Under the pieces are notes generated by a model. That model made no database searches. It was not told the DNA's origin and saw only the letters and a list, made by a program, of their open reading frames with translations. A DNA stretch of 64,000 bases. Origin: a virus. Positions within the stretch are counted from its first letter, which is position 1. The number at the start of each line of letters is the position of its first letter. Shown here one piece after another: positions 29,928-38,483 of the stretch. Both the position numbers and the translations under genes were made by a program. The stretch is from positions 1-64,000 of IMG/VR virus record IMGVR_UViG_3300021519_000877; one strand, given 5' to 3'.

Positions 29928-30781
29928 TAAGTTCCCCACTCGTTCTTAAACAAAGGTACTTGTAAGCGGTCACTATATCGTAAACCGTTTTTCATTGCTA
30001 ACAATGCCACGGCCTTATTATTCATAGCGTATACACTTTCAACGCCTCCGACCGGCATTAAGTAGACAGGACCTGTAAATCCAGCGGCACGATAAATGTC
30101 CACTGCTTCTAATGCTTCTTCAGCATCTTCTTCGGTTGCAACAACAAACTTCAAATATGTATAACCCGCTTCTTCGTATTCACAAACAACTTCTGGCTTA
30201 ATAGCCTCATCTGGATGCTCGCCTGAACAACTTAGTTTGGCACTAACTGAGAATGTAACTTCTCTAGCTAACTGATGATTAGTATTGCGCCATTTGATTA
30301 AAAACTCTTTAAATTCTGGAGTTAGCTTTTGAGTACCATTTGTTTCAAATGTGATCTCTTTTAACTCTTGCATCTTAGGATGATCCAACAAGTCGGGATA
30401 AGCACGTTGCCAACCTAATAACGGCTCGCCACCTGTAATAACAAGATGTGCGTCCTGCCATTTATTCTCAGGAAGAATTTCCATAGTGCGTTCTACAATG
30501 GCATCACTAGTAAGCATTGGCGACAAGTCCTTAAAACTAGGATGCCACGAAGCATAGCTGTCACAGCCTGTTGATACTAGAGGTAAGTCTTCATACTTTG
30601 TAAACATATGAGCAACTTCGGAAATCTCTTCTGCCTCTGCACTTAGTTCACCTTTTGACATACCAAAGCCTGCACATTTAAAATTGCATCCAAATGTGCG
30701 TAAGAACACAGAAGGCACGCCCATATAACGTCCTTCACCTTGTATACTGTAAAATAATTCTGCTATTTTAAGTTTGCTCAT
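29927..30781 (-). CDS. queE: 7-carboxy-7-deazaguanine synthase (radical SAM) with atypical Cys spacing
   Basis: ELFYSIQGEG..G.PSVFLR..GCNFKC, GCDS, VITGGEPLL, ETNGT, SAKL, YLMPVG, RLQV; co-located with folE and TGT-like gene. Confidence 0.88.
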   Translation of the reverse strand: MSKLKIAELFYSIQGEGRYMGVPSVFLRTFGCNFKCAGFGMSKGELSAEAEEISEVAHMFTKYEDLPLVSTGCDSYASWHPSFKDLSPMLTSDAIVERTMEILPENKWQDAHLVITGGEPLLGWQRAYPDLLDHPKMQELKEITFETNGTQKLTPEFKEFLIKWRNTNHQLAREVTFSVSAKLSCSGEHPDEAIKPEVVCEYEEAGYTYLKFVVATEEDAEEALEAVDIYRAAGFTGPVYLMPVGGVESVYAMNNKAVALLAMKNGLRYSDRLQVPLFKNEWGT

Positions 30782-30978
30782 TTATTTGCTCGGTTACTTG
30801 TGCAACTATCATTCCATGTTTCTGCAGCCTGCTTTTGGTATTGCTCTAAATCCCATTTATCTTTTGCCGCAATATATTGATCTTCAGTAAGTCCATGCCA
30901 GCCGCAACAATCACCTGTTGGACTACGACCACACCCACATGTACCAATCTTACCAGATTCATTAGCTCTTACTTGCAT
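30778..30978 (-). CDS. CDGSH-like [2Fe-2S] mini-protein (putative)
   Basis: CGCGRSPTGDCCGWH resembles the C-x-C-x2-S-x3-P-x-C-D-G-S-H motif. Confidence 0.55.
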   Translation of the reverse strand: MQVRANESGKIGTCGCGRSPTGDCCGWHGLTEDQYIAAKDKWDLEQYQKQAAETWNDSCTSNRANK

Positions 30979-31431
30979 TATTCAGTTCCTTTCAAACTAT
31001 CCATAATTACTGTGCGTTCTTTATTATACACTCGTTTTTGGAGAAACGCAATAAACTCCTTGTGCTCCATTGTCTCTGCTTTATTTAGAATATTTTGGCA
31101 AGCCCGCAAATAATATCTACGACGAGCAGCCTTGGTAACACCTTTCATATCTTCAACTTTAAATTGAAAAGTGCGGACTAACGCATCTGCCGCCTCGCTT
31201 GGTTTACCGTGCCATTCTACATCACCATCATTGGTGATAACTAATACGGCCTTATCTTCTTTGTTATTAAATGAAATCATATGGTTAGTTGGCATTAAAT
31301 TTCCAATTGTTAGTCCTGTTCCTGCCGAATATCCTGTGTTCCAATTTCCAACAGCAATATTATTATTTGCAATTGACGACCAGGTGTAATTGCTAACATT
31401 GCCAGTTAAAGTAAATTGGATAGGCTCAATC
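30978..31431 (-). CDS. Hypothetical protein (start uncertain)
   Basis: Frame open to 31655, but the upstream part overlaps the HIT gene; real start likely near the HIT stop or at a downstream Met. Confidence 0.5.
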
Positions 31432-31839
31432 GTTTCTATATTCCGGCGACTTATAATTGCCTTTGCCCGGGATTGTGTTGCGAACACCGCCAATTGGATC
31501 CTCAACGTCGCCCTGGCGACGAGGGATAAGATGAACGTGAGGCCACATGACAGTTTGTCCTGCACTTTCGCCATAATTAAATCCAATATTGAAACCGTCC
31601 CATTCTCCGGCTTCCACTTTTGTTTTACCCCAATCCACAGCTTCTTCAAATGCATCTTTTAACACTCCTAACGAATTATATTTAGGCACAAATAATAAGT
31701 GCCCAGGGGTACACGGATATTTGTCGAGAAATATTGCAACATGAAAATCTTCACTGATACAATTATCCCAAGGTGCCCCGCTTTCTTCTAATGTTTCTGG
31801 ACCATCAAAAATAGTATACTTGATCATTTTGTCCACCAA
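31426..31839 (-). CDS. HIT family nucleotide hydrolase
   Basis: D.YP.TPGHLL.VPK, GFNIG.N.G..AGQTV.WPHVHLIPR. Confidence 0.92.
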   Translation of the reverse strand: MVDKMIKYTIFDGPETLEESGAPWDNCISEDFHVAIFLDKYPCTPGHLLFVPKYNSLGVLKDAFEEAVDWGKTKVEAGEWDGFNIGFNYGESAGQTVMWPHVHLIPRRQGDVEDPIGGVRNTIPGKGNYKSPEYRND

Positions 31840-32366
31840 TCTTCGTATGGAAAATCAATCCACACATCATTTTCTGCTTTGTTGATTTCTACCCCGCAGT
31901 AGTCCATTTTAACTTTACATTTGCTAGCAAGATTATCTACAACTACAGCAAAGCGCACATTGTTATTCCACACATTATTCCAGCGATCATCTTTTGGTAA
32001 ACAACCGCTTTGCCAATCCTCCATAATCCAGTTTAGGGTAGCACCACTATCATTAATGTCATCTACAATAAGAATATTCTTTTTACCATCGCCAGAACAC
32101 ATTGGATCGTGGATGGCATATCCAAATGCGTCATCGGCCATCCAAAGATTACTTTCTGGGCCAATAAAATCATTATGGTCTCTAAGACTAACACCTAATG
32201 TAAACATGGGCACATTAAAGTAATGACTAATCATAACAGCAGGCAATAATCCACCGCGGGTTAGTCCTACAATATAATCAGGTTTCCAATTGCTAAGACT
32301 AATATCTCGGCATATTTTTCCCATATTAAATTGAAACTCTTCCCACTTAATTTGCTTTTTGTTCAC
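31824..32366 (-). CDS. Type I phosphoribosyltransferase (Gpt/xanthine-guanine PRT-like)
   Basis: IVGLTRGGLLPA, PRPP-binding ILIVDDINDSGATL, C-terminal WIDFPYE. Confidence 0.88.
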   Translation of the reverse strand: MNKKQIKWEEFQFNMGKICRDISLSNWKPDYIVGLTRGGLLPAVMISHYFNVPMFTLGVSLRDHNDFIGPESNLWMADDAFGYAIHDPMCSGDGKKNILIVDDINDSGATLNWIMEDWQSGCLPKDDRWNNVWNNNVRFAVVVDNLASKCKVKMDYCGVEINKAENDVWIDFPYEDWWTK

Positions 32367-32823
32367 GTCTATCCTTTAAGTATTGTTCGTTATGAATCCA
32401 TTTATTATTAACTAAAAATCCCCACTCACGCACTTTCTTCATTGGCATGAATAATGTCCAAGCAGTTACCCCAGGGTGAAGCTCAATGCGATGATAGCTG
32501 CTAGGGCGGCAGATGCGAAAATGACCGGGGCCACGCCATTTGCGTATTTCGCACGTTTTAATGCCGTCTTTGTTGAAACCAGGGATCCACTCATAGTATC
32601 CACCTTTTAAAATTAGTGTAGCATATGACCACGGATGATCATGAACATCATCTGGGTCACCCTTTAGAAACTTGTGTAGGAATAAATTGAAAGGAAAGTT
32701 GTCACGATCCTTTAAAAATAAGTAGTAACGTTCTAAATATGGCTCATCGCATAGTCGATCTAAAATAACACGTTTGCGGCCGAGACTGTCTAACCAATTA
32801 AGAAACTTGTTTATCAGTGTCAT
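32347..32823 (-). CDS. Cupin-fold protein
   Basis: LH....D...HDHPW..ILKGGYYE...YHRI..AWTLF..WGF cupin metal-binding pattern. Confidence 0.7.
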   Translation of the reverse strand: MTLINKFLNWLDSLGRKRVILDRLCDEPYLERYYLFLKDRDNFPFNLFLHKFLKGDPDDVHDHPWSYATLILKGGYYEWIPGFNKDGIKTCEIRKWRGPGHFRICRPSSYHRIELHPGVTAWTLFMPMKKVREWGFLVNNKWIHNEQYLKDRREQKAN

Positions 32824-33010
32824 CTTGACTCCTTGCTATATCATACATTAGTTTGAATTGTTCCCAACTGTATTGTAAGGCTGGATATTTTTCACACATA
32901 CGTCCTAATTTAATAGGATCAATTTTATATTCAGTTAGCCAGGTAGTTTGTTGATCTAAATGCCCGTCCTCTTCATACATTTCATACAGAACATCTTTAA
33001 TATGTTTCAC
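32798..33010 (-). CDS. Hypothetical protein
   Basis: 70-aa ORF, GTGA overlap with upstream gene. Confidence 0.55.
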   Translation of the reverse strand: MKHIKDVLYEMYEEDGHLDQQTTWLTEYKIDPIKLGRMCEKYPALQYSWEQFKLMYDIARSQDDTDKQVS

Positions 33011-33333
33011 AGCTTTAAAGTTTCCATGGTAATAATCTTGCCAAGTGCTTTGCCGATATCTTCACCGTCGATAATAACATGTAGACTATTAATCTCACGA
33101 TCTTTCTGGCGATCATAAAAGCTAGTCTCTACAATAGTACCACCGGCTGCTTTGAATACTTTGAACTGAATACCACGGTCGTTATGAAACGATACTCCTG
33201 CTGTTTGGCCAAGTGAGACTTCATAAAGTTCACTGTCCACTTCACCGCTATCGTTTAACCAATCACGTAACCATTGTTTAAAAGTTCTGCGTTTACTTCG
33301 CCGATTAATTGAGATGCCGTATTTCTGTCTCAT
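33007..33333 (-). CDS. Hypothetical protein
   Basis: 108-aa ORF, ATGA overlap with folE. Confidence 0.6.
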   Translation of the reverse strand: MRQKYGISINRRSKRRTFKQWLRDWLNDSGEVDSELYEVSLGQTAGVSFHNDRGIQFKVFKAAGGTIVETSFYDRQKDREINSLHVIIDGEDIGKALGKIITMETLKL

Positions 33334-34145
33334 TTGCCTACGTAGCTCTGTTGTAGTTTAATATTGTCAAAGAACTCTTTCTTAGTATTCATGTCATCTT
33401 TAAATGCACCTGTTAATACTGTAGTTTGAGTTAAACTGCTACCTGCCATAATACCTCGATTTTCACAGCAACCGTGAATGGCTTGTATGTAAACTGCAAT
33501 GTTCTTTGAACCAGTAGCATTAGATATCTCACGTGCTATATCATTGCAGAGCTCTTCTTGCAAAGTACCACGGCGAGCACACCACTGAGCAATTCGAGTA
33601 TACTTAGACAAACCAATAAGCCTGTCGGCAGCAATAATTCCAATGTAGGCAACACCAGAAACAGGCTGATGGTGGTGACTACACATACTACGCAATTCAC
33701 TCCGCACAACCAACATACCTTTGTAGCCATCATCCACCTCATTAGGAAAACTTGTTGCATCTGGCGCTTCTTCGTAGCGACCTGACATAATTTCATTAAA
33801 ATACATTTTAGCAAGACGCTTTGCAGTACCTTGACTGTTAGGGTCATTCTCACGATCAATAAGCAATGTATCTAACACACTCTCAAATGCCTTAGTGGCT
33901 TCTTTGATTAAGATAGCTTTATCTTTTTCAGTGATGTATTCACTAATATTATCCCCAGCCCAAAAGCGTTTCTTATCACGCTTCATCTTAAAGCGAATAG
34001 CATCGGCTAAATTTGCTTCTTTGTAACCTTTGTCGCTCATATTCATTGCGGCATCTTCGTATCCAGGATGATACGGTGCTTCCTTAACTAAGTCAGGATT
34101 ATTATTCATTACTGCTTTTAAATCGTCTGATGTAAATGTTGTCAA
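33330..34145 (-). CDS. folE: GTP cyclohydrolase I
   Basis: TAKRLAKMY, SMCSHH, G.AYIG, IGLSK..R, LQE.L, HGC...RG, TTVL.G.F; TTG start with GGAG RBS. Confidence 0.93.
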   Translation of the reverse strand: MTTFTSDDLKAVMNNNPDLVKEAPYHPGYEDAAMNMSDKGYKEANLADAIRFKMKRDKKRFWAGDNISEYITEKDKAILIKEATKAFESVLDTLLIDRENDPNSQGTAKRLAKMYFNEIMSGRYEEAPDATSFPNEVDDGYKGMLVVRSELRSMCSHHHQPVSGVAYIGIIAADRLIGLSKYTRIAQWCARRGTLQEELCNDIAREISNATGSKNIAVYIQAIHGCCENRGIMAGSSLTQTTVLTGAFKDDMNTKKEFFDNIKLQQSYVGK

Positions 34146-34187
34146 TTCTATTTCTCCGAGTTTATGCCGTGGATGGCTTGTATACTA

Positions 34188-35291
34188 CTATTTTATATTC
34201 TTTAGCAGATTATTACAACTAAAAAAATGTTCAGTTAAATCTAATGCTTGTTTATTTAGGCTAGGTAAAAGTTTATTGTAATTTTCCATTTGCTGAATAA
34301 TCTTAGCACATAGTTCTTTACGATGTATTATATATTTTTCAAATGATTCTGTCCACTCGCTTGGATATTTAAATCCTTCATAATACATTTCTGAATATGA
34401 TAAACGATCTGGAACCATCGGAATAGCATCTACAAGTGCGCCTTCATAGCAACTAATACCTAGCGTTTCTTGTAGGTTGGCTGAAAATACTAGTTTAGCT
34501 TCACCTAACAAATTGTGATATTCGTTTTTACTAAGTTGTTGATCCTGGCAAACAACAAACTCATATTGTGGCAAGTGTTCTTTTAAGTCACGGAATATTT
34601 CAACTTGTTTCTCTGGTGCAATTCGATGTGGAAATAAAATTAAATCACGTTTGGGCATATGTTTGTATGGAGTCAACAGCCCTTCCATATATTCCATAGG
34701 CCAACCAGTTTTAACTATCTTATCTGTAAGTGTACCTGCACGAAGTTCTGCAAGATCTTCATCAAACCAAGGATTTTCAGTTACTGGTCCATTTTGTAAT
34801 AGATTAGTAAAAAACATTTCAATATGGAACTGTGTGGCAAAATAGTTGTAATCAAATGCGTGATAAAAACTCTTTTCAGCATTTCTAACCCACGGCTTAT
34901 CTCCAACAAGACGTCCTAAAAAGTCTTGAGGATCGTAACTGCCAGCATGCCACAAGCCGTGTATTGTTACAGGAATCTGTAACAATTCACTCATATACTT
35001 TAAGTTGATGACACCAGGGTGCCAAGCATCAGTAAAAATAAAGTGATCGCCAGGACTAACTGATCCGGCGCAAAATAAGCGGCCAATTTTTTCAACTTGA
35101 CTAGACTTATATATATTGGTGCCACCAAAATTAAGGAAAGCGCCAGGAGTAGTGGCTTGAGGAATATCCTCAGGGCCTGAGATAATTTGAACATTGTGTC
35201 CTTTCTTTCGTAATATAGCAGGTACATGAGTTTTCCACTCGCCGGTATAGCGAGTGGGTACACTTTCTAAATCGACTAAAAATATAGTCAT
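34188..35291 (-). CDS. Glycosyltransferase (GT-B fold, GT4-like)
   Basis: C-terminal LFPHRIAPEKQ...EYHNLL..AK..FS...QETLGISCYEG...PMVPDRLSY.E nucleotide-sugar binding signature. Confidence 0.75.
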   Translation of the reverse strand: MTIFLVDLESVPTRYTGEWKTHVPAILRKKGHNVQIISGPEDIPQATTPGAFLNFGGTNIYKSSQVEKIGRLFCAGSVSPGDHFIFTDAWHPGVINLKYMSELLQIPVTIHGLWHAGSYDPQDFLGRLVGDKPWVRNAEKSFYHAFDYNYFATQFHIEMFFTNLLQNGPVTENPWFDEDLAELRAGTLTDKIVKTGWPMEYMEGLLTPYKHMPKRDLILFPHRIAPEKQVEIFRDLKEHLPQYEFVVCQDQQLSKNEYHNLLGEAKLVFSANLQETLGISCYEGALVDAIPMVPDRLSYSEMYYEGFKYPSEWTESFEKYIIHRKELCAKIIQQMENYNKLLPSLNKQALDLTEHFFSCNNLLKNIK

Positions 35292-35512
35292 TAAGCTTCT
35301 CTACGTTCCTTAGCTTCACGACGTGCTTTGCGCTGGAGATACTCTTGAGTGCGCTGCCAATCTTTATAAGCCTTAGATCTGTATAGATCAGCTTCGTTAA
35401 AATCGATCAATTCCAAACGGCAATGATCGTGCCATGTTTCTAGATCACTAAAGATCTTTGCTACTTCGGGCTTCATAGTTAGATACTTCGCTAACCACTT
35501 TGGCTGTGCCAT
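35291..35512 (-). CDS. Hypothetical protein
   Basis: 73-aa ORF, TAATG-coupled to glycosyltransferase. Confidence 0.6.
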   Translation of the reverse strand: MAQPKWLAKYLTMKPEVAKIFSDLETWHDHCRLELIDFNEADLYRSKAYKDWQRTQEYLQRKARREAKERREA

Positions 35513-35523
35513 GTTGTGTTTCC

Positions 35524-35949
35524 TTAAATTACTATTGAGTTTGTTGGGCGAGTAAGATTATAAGAAATGACGCATCCGTTCTCGCCGTCTTCGGATACAT
35601 CAATTACTACAGCTCGGTTTGGATACCTTGCCGCAATTTGGTCATACAAATCATCTGCGATCATTTCGCACGATTTGAAATCTAATTGAATAATGTCTGT
35701 GTTGTATAAACTTTCTAACCAGCGTTTAAATTGAATAAATTCAATATCGCGATCATTATGGAATACGTCAATTGCCACACGGAAGTGAAAGATATGACGA
35801 TGTGCGTTTGCTAGGAAACTTACATCATATTCACCTGCGGTACATAATGCTGGATCTGTGCCAGCGGCTGGATAACGATGGATACCTTCTTTGCGGAACG
35901 ATACCCAAATTTGTCTACCTGCGGCTTGTTTAATTGTTTCAATGCTCAT
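35524..35949 (-). CDS. QueD/PTPS-like T-fold protein with LxxxHRHxF motif (candidate DpdL-type CDG decarboxylase)
   Basis: EGIH, LANAHRHIF, EF..FK, SCEMIA, VSEDGENG align with QueD EAAH/CxxxHGH/DF..LK/TAENIA/V.ET; catalytic Cys absent. Confidence 0.65.
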   Translation of the reverse strand: MSIETIKQAAGRQIWVSFRKEGIHRYPAAGTDPALCTAGEYDVSFLANAHRHIFHFRVAIDVFHNDRDIEFIQFKRWLESLYNTDIIQLDFKSCEMIADDLYDQIAARYPNRAVVIDVSEDGENGCVISYNLTRPTNSIVI

Positions 35950-36491
35950 TTTATGATCTCGTCTTTACCATATTCGTCCCAGCTTGTAAACTGTTCACGT
36001 CCTGTTAAACTGTGTAATGTATGACACCAAACACCTGGATTACTTGCCTTGAAGTCTTTGTCGTCTAGTTTAATTGTAGCATTATATCCTAACTGTGTCA
36101 AGTATGGAATCTTCACAGATAGTTGAGGAATAAACTGGCGATGCTCAACTAGCCCACTTTCTAACAACCCTTCAACTTGTGCAACATCCAAATCCAAGGT
36201 GCACCAAAAATCAGAATCCAACCATTCTTCAATCATAGTTTCCCAAGGTTTCCAGCCTTCACCATCATTAACATCTAGTTTTGGAAAACTTTGATTAGCA
36301 CCAAAATAGATATGAGTAATAGGATATCCGCCTAGCATATAGTGTGTTTCGAGAGCCTCTGCGATGGCCTCTCGTGATTGAACCCCAACAACAAATAAGG
36401 TAAGATGACCGAACGCTGGAGTTTTTTCAATTTCCTTGCCAACGAAGAATGTTACTGCTTCGCTGGTACCGGTTTCATAATCACGCTTCAT
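35946..36491 (-). CDS. Hypothetical protein within deazaguanine cluster
   Basis: 181-aa alpha/beta ORF (TLFVVG, HIYFGANQSF) with ATGA coupling to the QueD-like gene. Confidence 0.65.
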   Translation of the reverse strand: MKRDYETGTSEAVTFFVGKEIEKTPAFGHLTLFVVGVQSREAIAEALETHYMLGGYPITHIYFGANQSFPKLDVNDGEGWKPWETMIEEWLDSDFWCTLDLDVAQVEGLLESGLVEHRQFIPQLSVKIPYLTQLGYNATIKLDDKDFKASNPGVWCHTLHSLTGREQFTSWDEYGKDEIIK

Positions 36492-36623
36492 TTAGGTAGA
36501 TGCCCACCAGAGAACACCAATGACAATTACCAATCCTACTAGGAAGATTCGTCCATGCCGTTTCTGTGTTGCAAATTCTTCTTCCTCGGACCCATACTCA
36601 AATCCAATTTTATCTTTTTTCAT
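36492..36623 (-). CDS. Small single-pass membrane protein (43 aa, not in ORF track)
   Basis: MKKDKIGFEYGSEEEEFATQKRHGRIFLVGLVIVIGVLWWAST*; fills the gap and abuts the next ATG. Confidence 0.55.
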   Translation of the reverse strand: MKKDKIGFEYGSEEEEFATQKRHGRIFLVGLVIVIGVLWWAST

Positions 36624-36825
36624 TTATTTTCTTTCTAAGTTCAGTATTTTCATCTACTAACTGTTTGGTTAGTTTTTTATAGTATAATAAATCTTCTTCT
36701 TGATGTGACCGCTCTATGGTACATTTTTCTAAATCTTTAGGAATATCATTGACCCGTTTATTTAGGCCTGCGAGGTAGCCAAAAAATATTCCTACTAACA
36801 ACCAAATAATATCAGTGGTCATCAA
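36610..36825 (-). CDS. Small membrane-anchored coiled-coil protein
   Basis: N-terminal hydrophobic helix then coiled coil. Confidence 0.55.
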   Translation of the reverse strand: MMTTDIIWLLVGIFFGYLAGLNKRVNDIPKDLEKCTIERSHQEEDLLYYKKLTKQLVDENTELRKKINEKR

Positions 36826-38480
36826 CCAACCTCACCTATAAGTTCAGTTTCTAACGCTCTTAAATCGTCATCGTCTGGGTTTTCTAAATCAACTTCTTCA
36901 GCTTTGGTTACAGTTTCTAATTCAAACAAGTTACCAAATGTATTTTGGGCGGGGCCACCCTGTAATCGAGCACCTTCCAAACTAGTTAAGAACGCTTTGG
37001 CTTTTGGCTCTTCTAACATAGCAAGTGCTTCTGCTAAATCTTTAGTTTCGAATAGTTCTGTAACAAAACGATCAAAGTATAAAATGTTGCGTGGAACCCA
37101 ATCTGAGTATTGATCACTAGTGCTGTCTTTGGCATTCAACTTGTTCCAATGACGCCAATCTGGTTTGGCTTTAGCAATTTCAATATCCATAAGTTGATTA
37201 GCACGTTGAACAGCCTTGATATGACATTCAACATTATGGCCCATCATTAATGCGTAGGCAAAACTATCCCAACTTGTTTTATTAGGAATCTTACCTAACT
37301 TATTAAGACGAGGTACTTCGTGATAATGATCTGAATTTAGGTGATCAAATTTAACAGGCTCGCCCTTTTTATCTACTCCTAATTCTGCATCTGTTTTACG
37401 AGTACCAATATTATAGTAAGCAATGTCTCCCATTACTAATCTACGACCAATTTCACTTTCAAAAGGAAACGGAATATCTGAACCCGCTAGTGATTTGTTG
37501 TCTGGGGCTTTGTCCATAATAACACTCCAACGCTTTGGCGTGTGTTGTGCATTTGTGTAGACAAGTCCGTGCGCTGTTGCAATAAACGGTGAGGCGCAAT
37601 CAAAAGAGATGGTAAATTCTTCATTAATATGTTTCCTAATTTGTCGTTGAATTGAAGTCAAATAGCAAGACCAGTCTAATTGGGCAGTGCCCAAGAAGTG
37701 CATCCAGTTCTTACCTTTTAACAAATTATCTTCACGTAGAATCATTAAGCGACGTAATGTGATATCCATCTTACACATATTGGCGCCACCCATCGCCCAA
37801 CCTTCTGCTTCACGTCCGGCATACTTGCCTGCAGGATCTGAAAACTCTTTTACACCTTGATACCACTTTTCTGCGGTATCCCAATCACCACCTTGTAATA
37901 CGTTAAGCCATTTAGTTTGCCCCAAACGATTCATCAAGAAGTAATCATTATTGAAACGTGTCTTTTCTAAACAGTCATCAAATGTTTTCAATCCAGTCTT
38001 TGGACTATGAATATGATCGCAAGCCCAAGTCGGCACGTCCAACATCATTGACCAATCTGCTGTGAGCTCAAGCCACTCTAAAATACTTTGGCGTGTCTTA
38101 TTAGCCGCAGGACCATCGAAGTTCAACCAATCAAATTTAAGAACACCCTTACCGATCTGGTATCCACCAGAGTCACCTAAGATCATTGTATTGTTACGAT
38201 CTCGTTGCTGGATCATCGATTCTTGTGTCACTGACTTGACTAAGTCCAACTGTGCGTGACCTGCTGAATACAAACCATACTTGTAGGTAAAGTAACCTTC
38301 TTCTGGATTTAAAAAGTTCATGCCTTCGATGCCGCGATCAAACCCCGCAGGCATACGATCATCTGCGATAAACTTTTCTAATCTCTGTTTAGCAATATAT
38401 GTTGAATAGAAGCTACTAATAGCTGGCAAATAGACAGCATAGTCTTTTTGTAAAGGAGTTAAATTGACTGGTGGGTTCAT
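36822..38480 (-). CDS. dpdA: tRNA-guanine transglycosylase-fold protein, DpdA-like DNA base-exchange enzyme
   Basis: TGT motifs in order: GDSGGYQ, MMLDVP, VLQGG, GWAMGG, HFLG, SFDCAS, GHN; clustered with folE, queE and a QueD-like gene next to replication genes. Confidence 0.75.
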   Translation of the reverse strand: MNPPVNLTPLQKDYAVYLPAISSFYSTYIAKQRLEKFIADDRMPAGFDRGIEGMNFLNPEEGYFTYKYGLYSAGHAQLDLVKSVTQESMIQQRDRNNTMILGDSGGYQIGKGVLKFDWLNFDGPAANKTRQSILEWLELTADWSMMLDVPTWACDHIHSPKTGLKTFDDCLEKTRFNNDYFLMNRLGQTKWLNVLQGGDWDTAEKWYQGVKEFSDPAGKYAGREAEGWAMGGANMCKMDITLRRLMILREDNLLKGKNWMHFLGTAQLDWSCYLTSIQRQIRKHINEEFTISFDCASPFIATAHGLVYTNAQHTPKRWSVIMDKAPDNKSLAGSDIPFPFESEIGRRLVMGDIAYYNIGTRKTDAELGVDKKGEPVKFDHLNSDHYHEVPRLNKLGKIPNKTSWDSFAYALMMGHNVECHIKAVQRANQLMDIEIAKAKPDWRHWNKLNAKDSTSDQYSDWVPRNILYFDRFVTELFETKDLAEALAMLEEPKAKAFLTSLEGARLQGGPAQNTFGNLFELETVTKAEEVDLENPDDDDLRALETELIGEVG

Positions 38481-38483
38481 TAA

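Noticed and set aside
31432-31655. N-terminal extension of ORF 30978..31655 overlapping the HIT gene
   Set aside because: It is an alternative frame of a well-supported HIT gene with no recognisable motif; likely an ORF-caller extension.
34146-34190. preQ1 riboswitch upstream of folE
   Set aside because: Only a 3-bp GCC/GGC hairpin; lacks the preQ1-I stem/loop consensus and A-rich tail.
36822-38480. Ordinary tRNA queuosine pathway (tgt as an auxiliary metabolic gene)
   Set aside because: Disfavoured, not excluded: the protein is longer and divergent, lacks the zinc motif, has no queA/queF/queG nearby and is coupled to the replisome genes.
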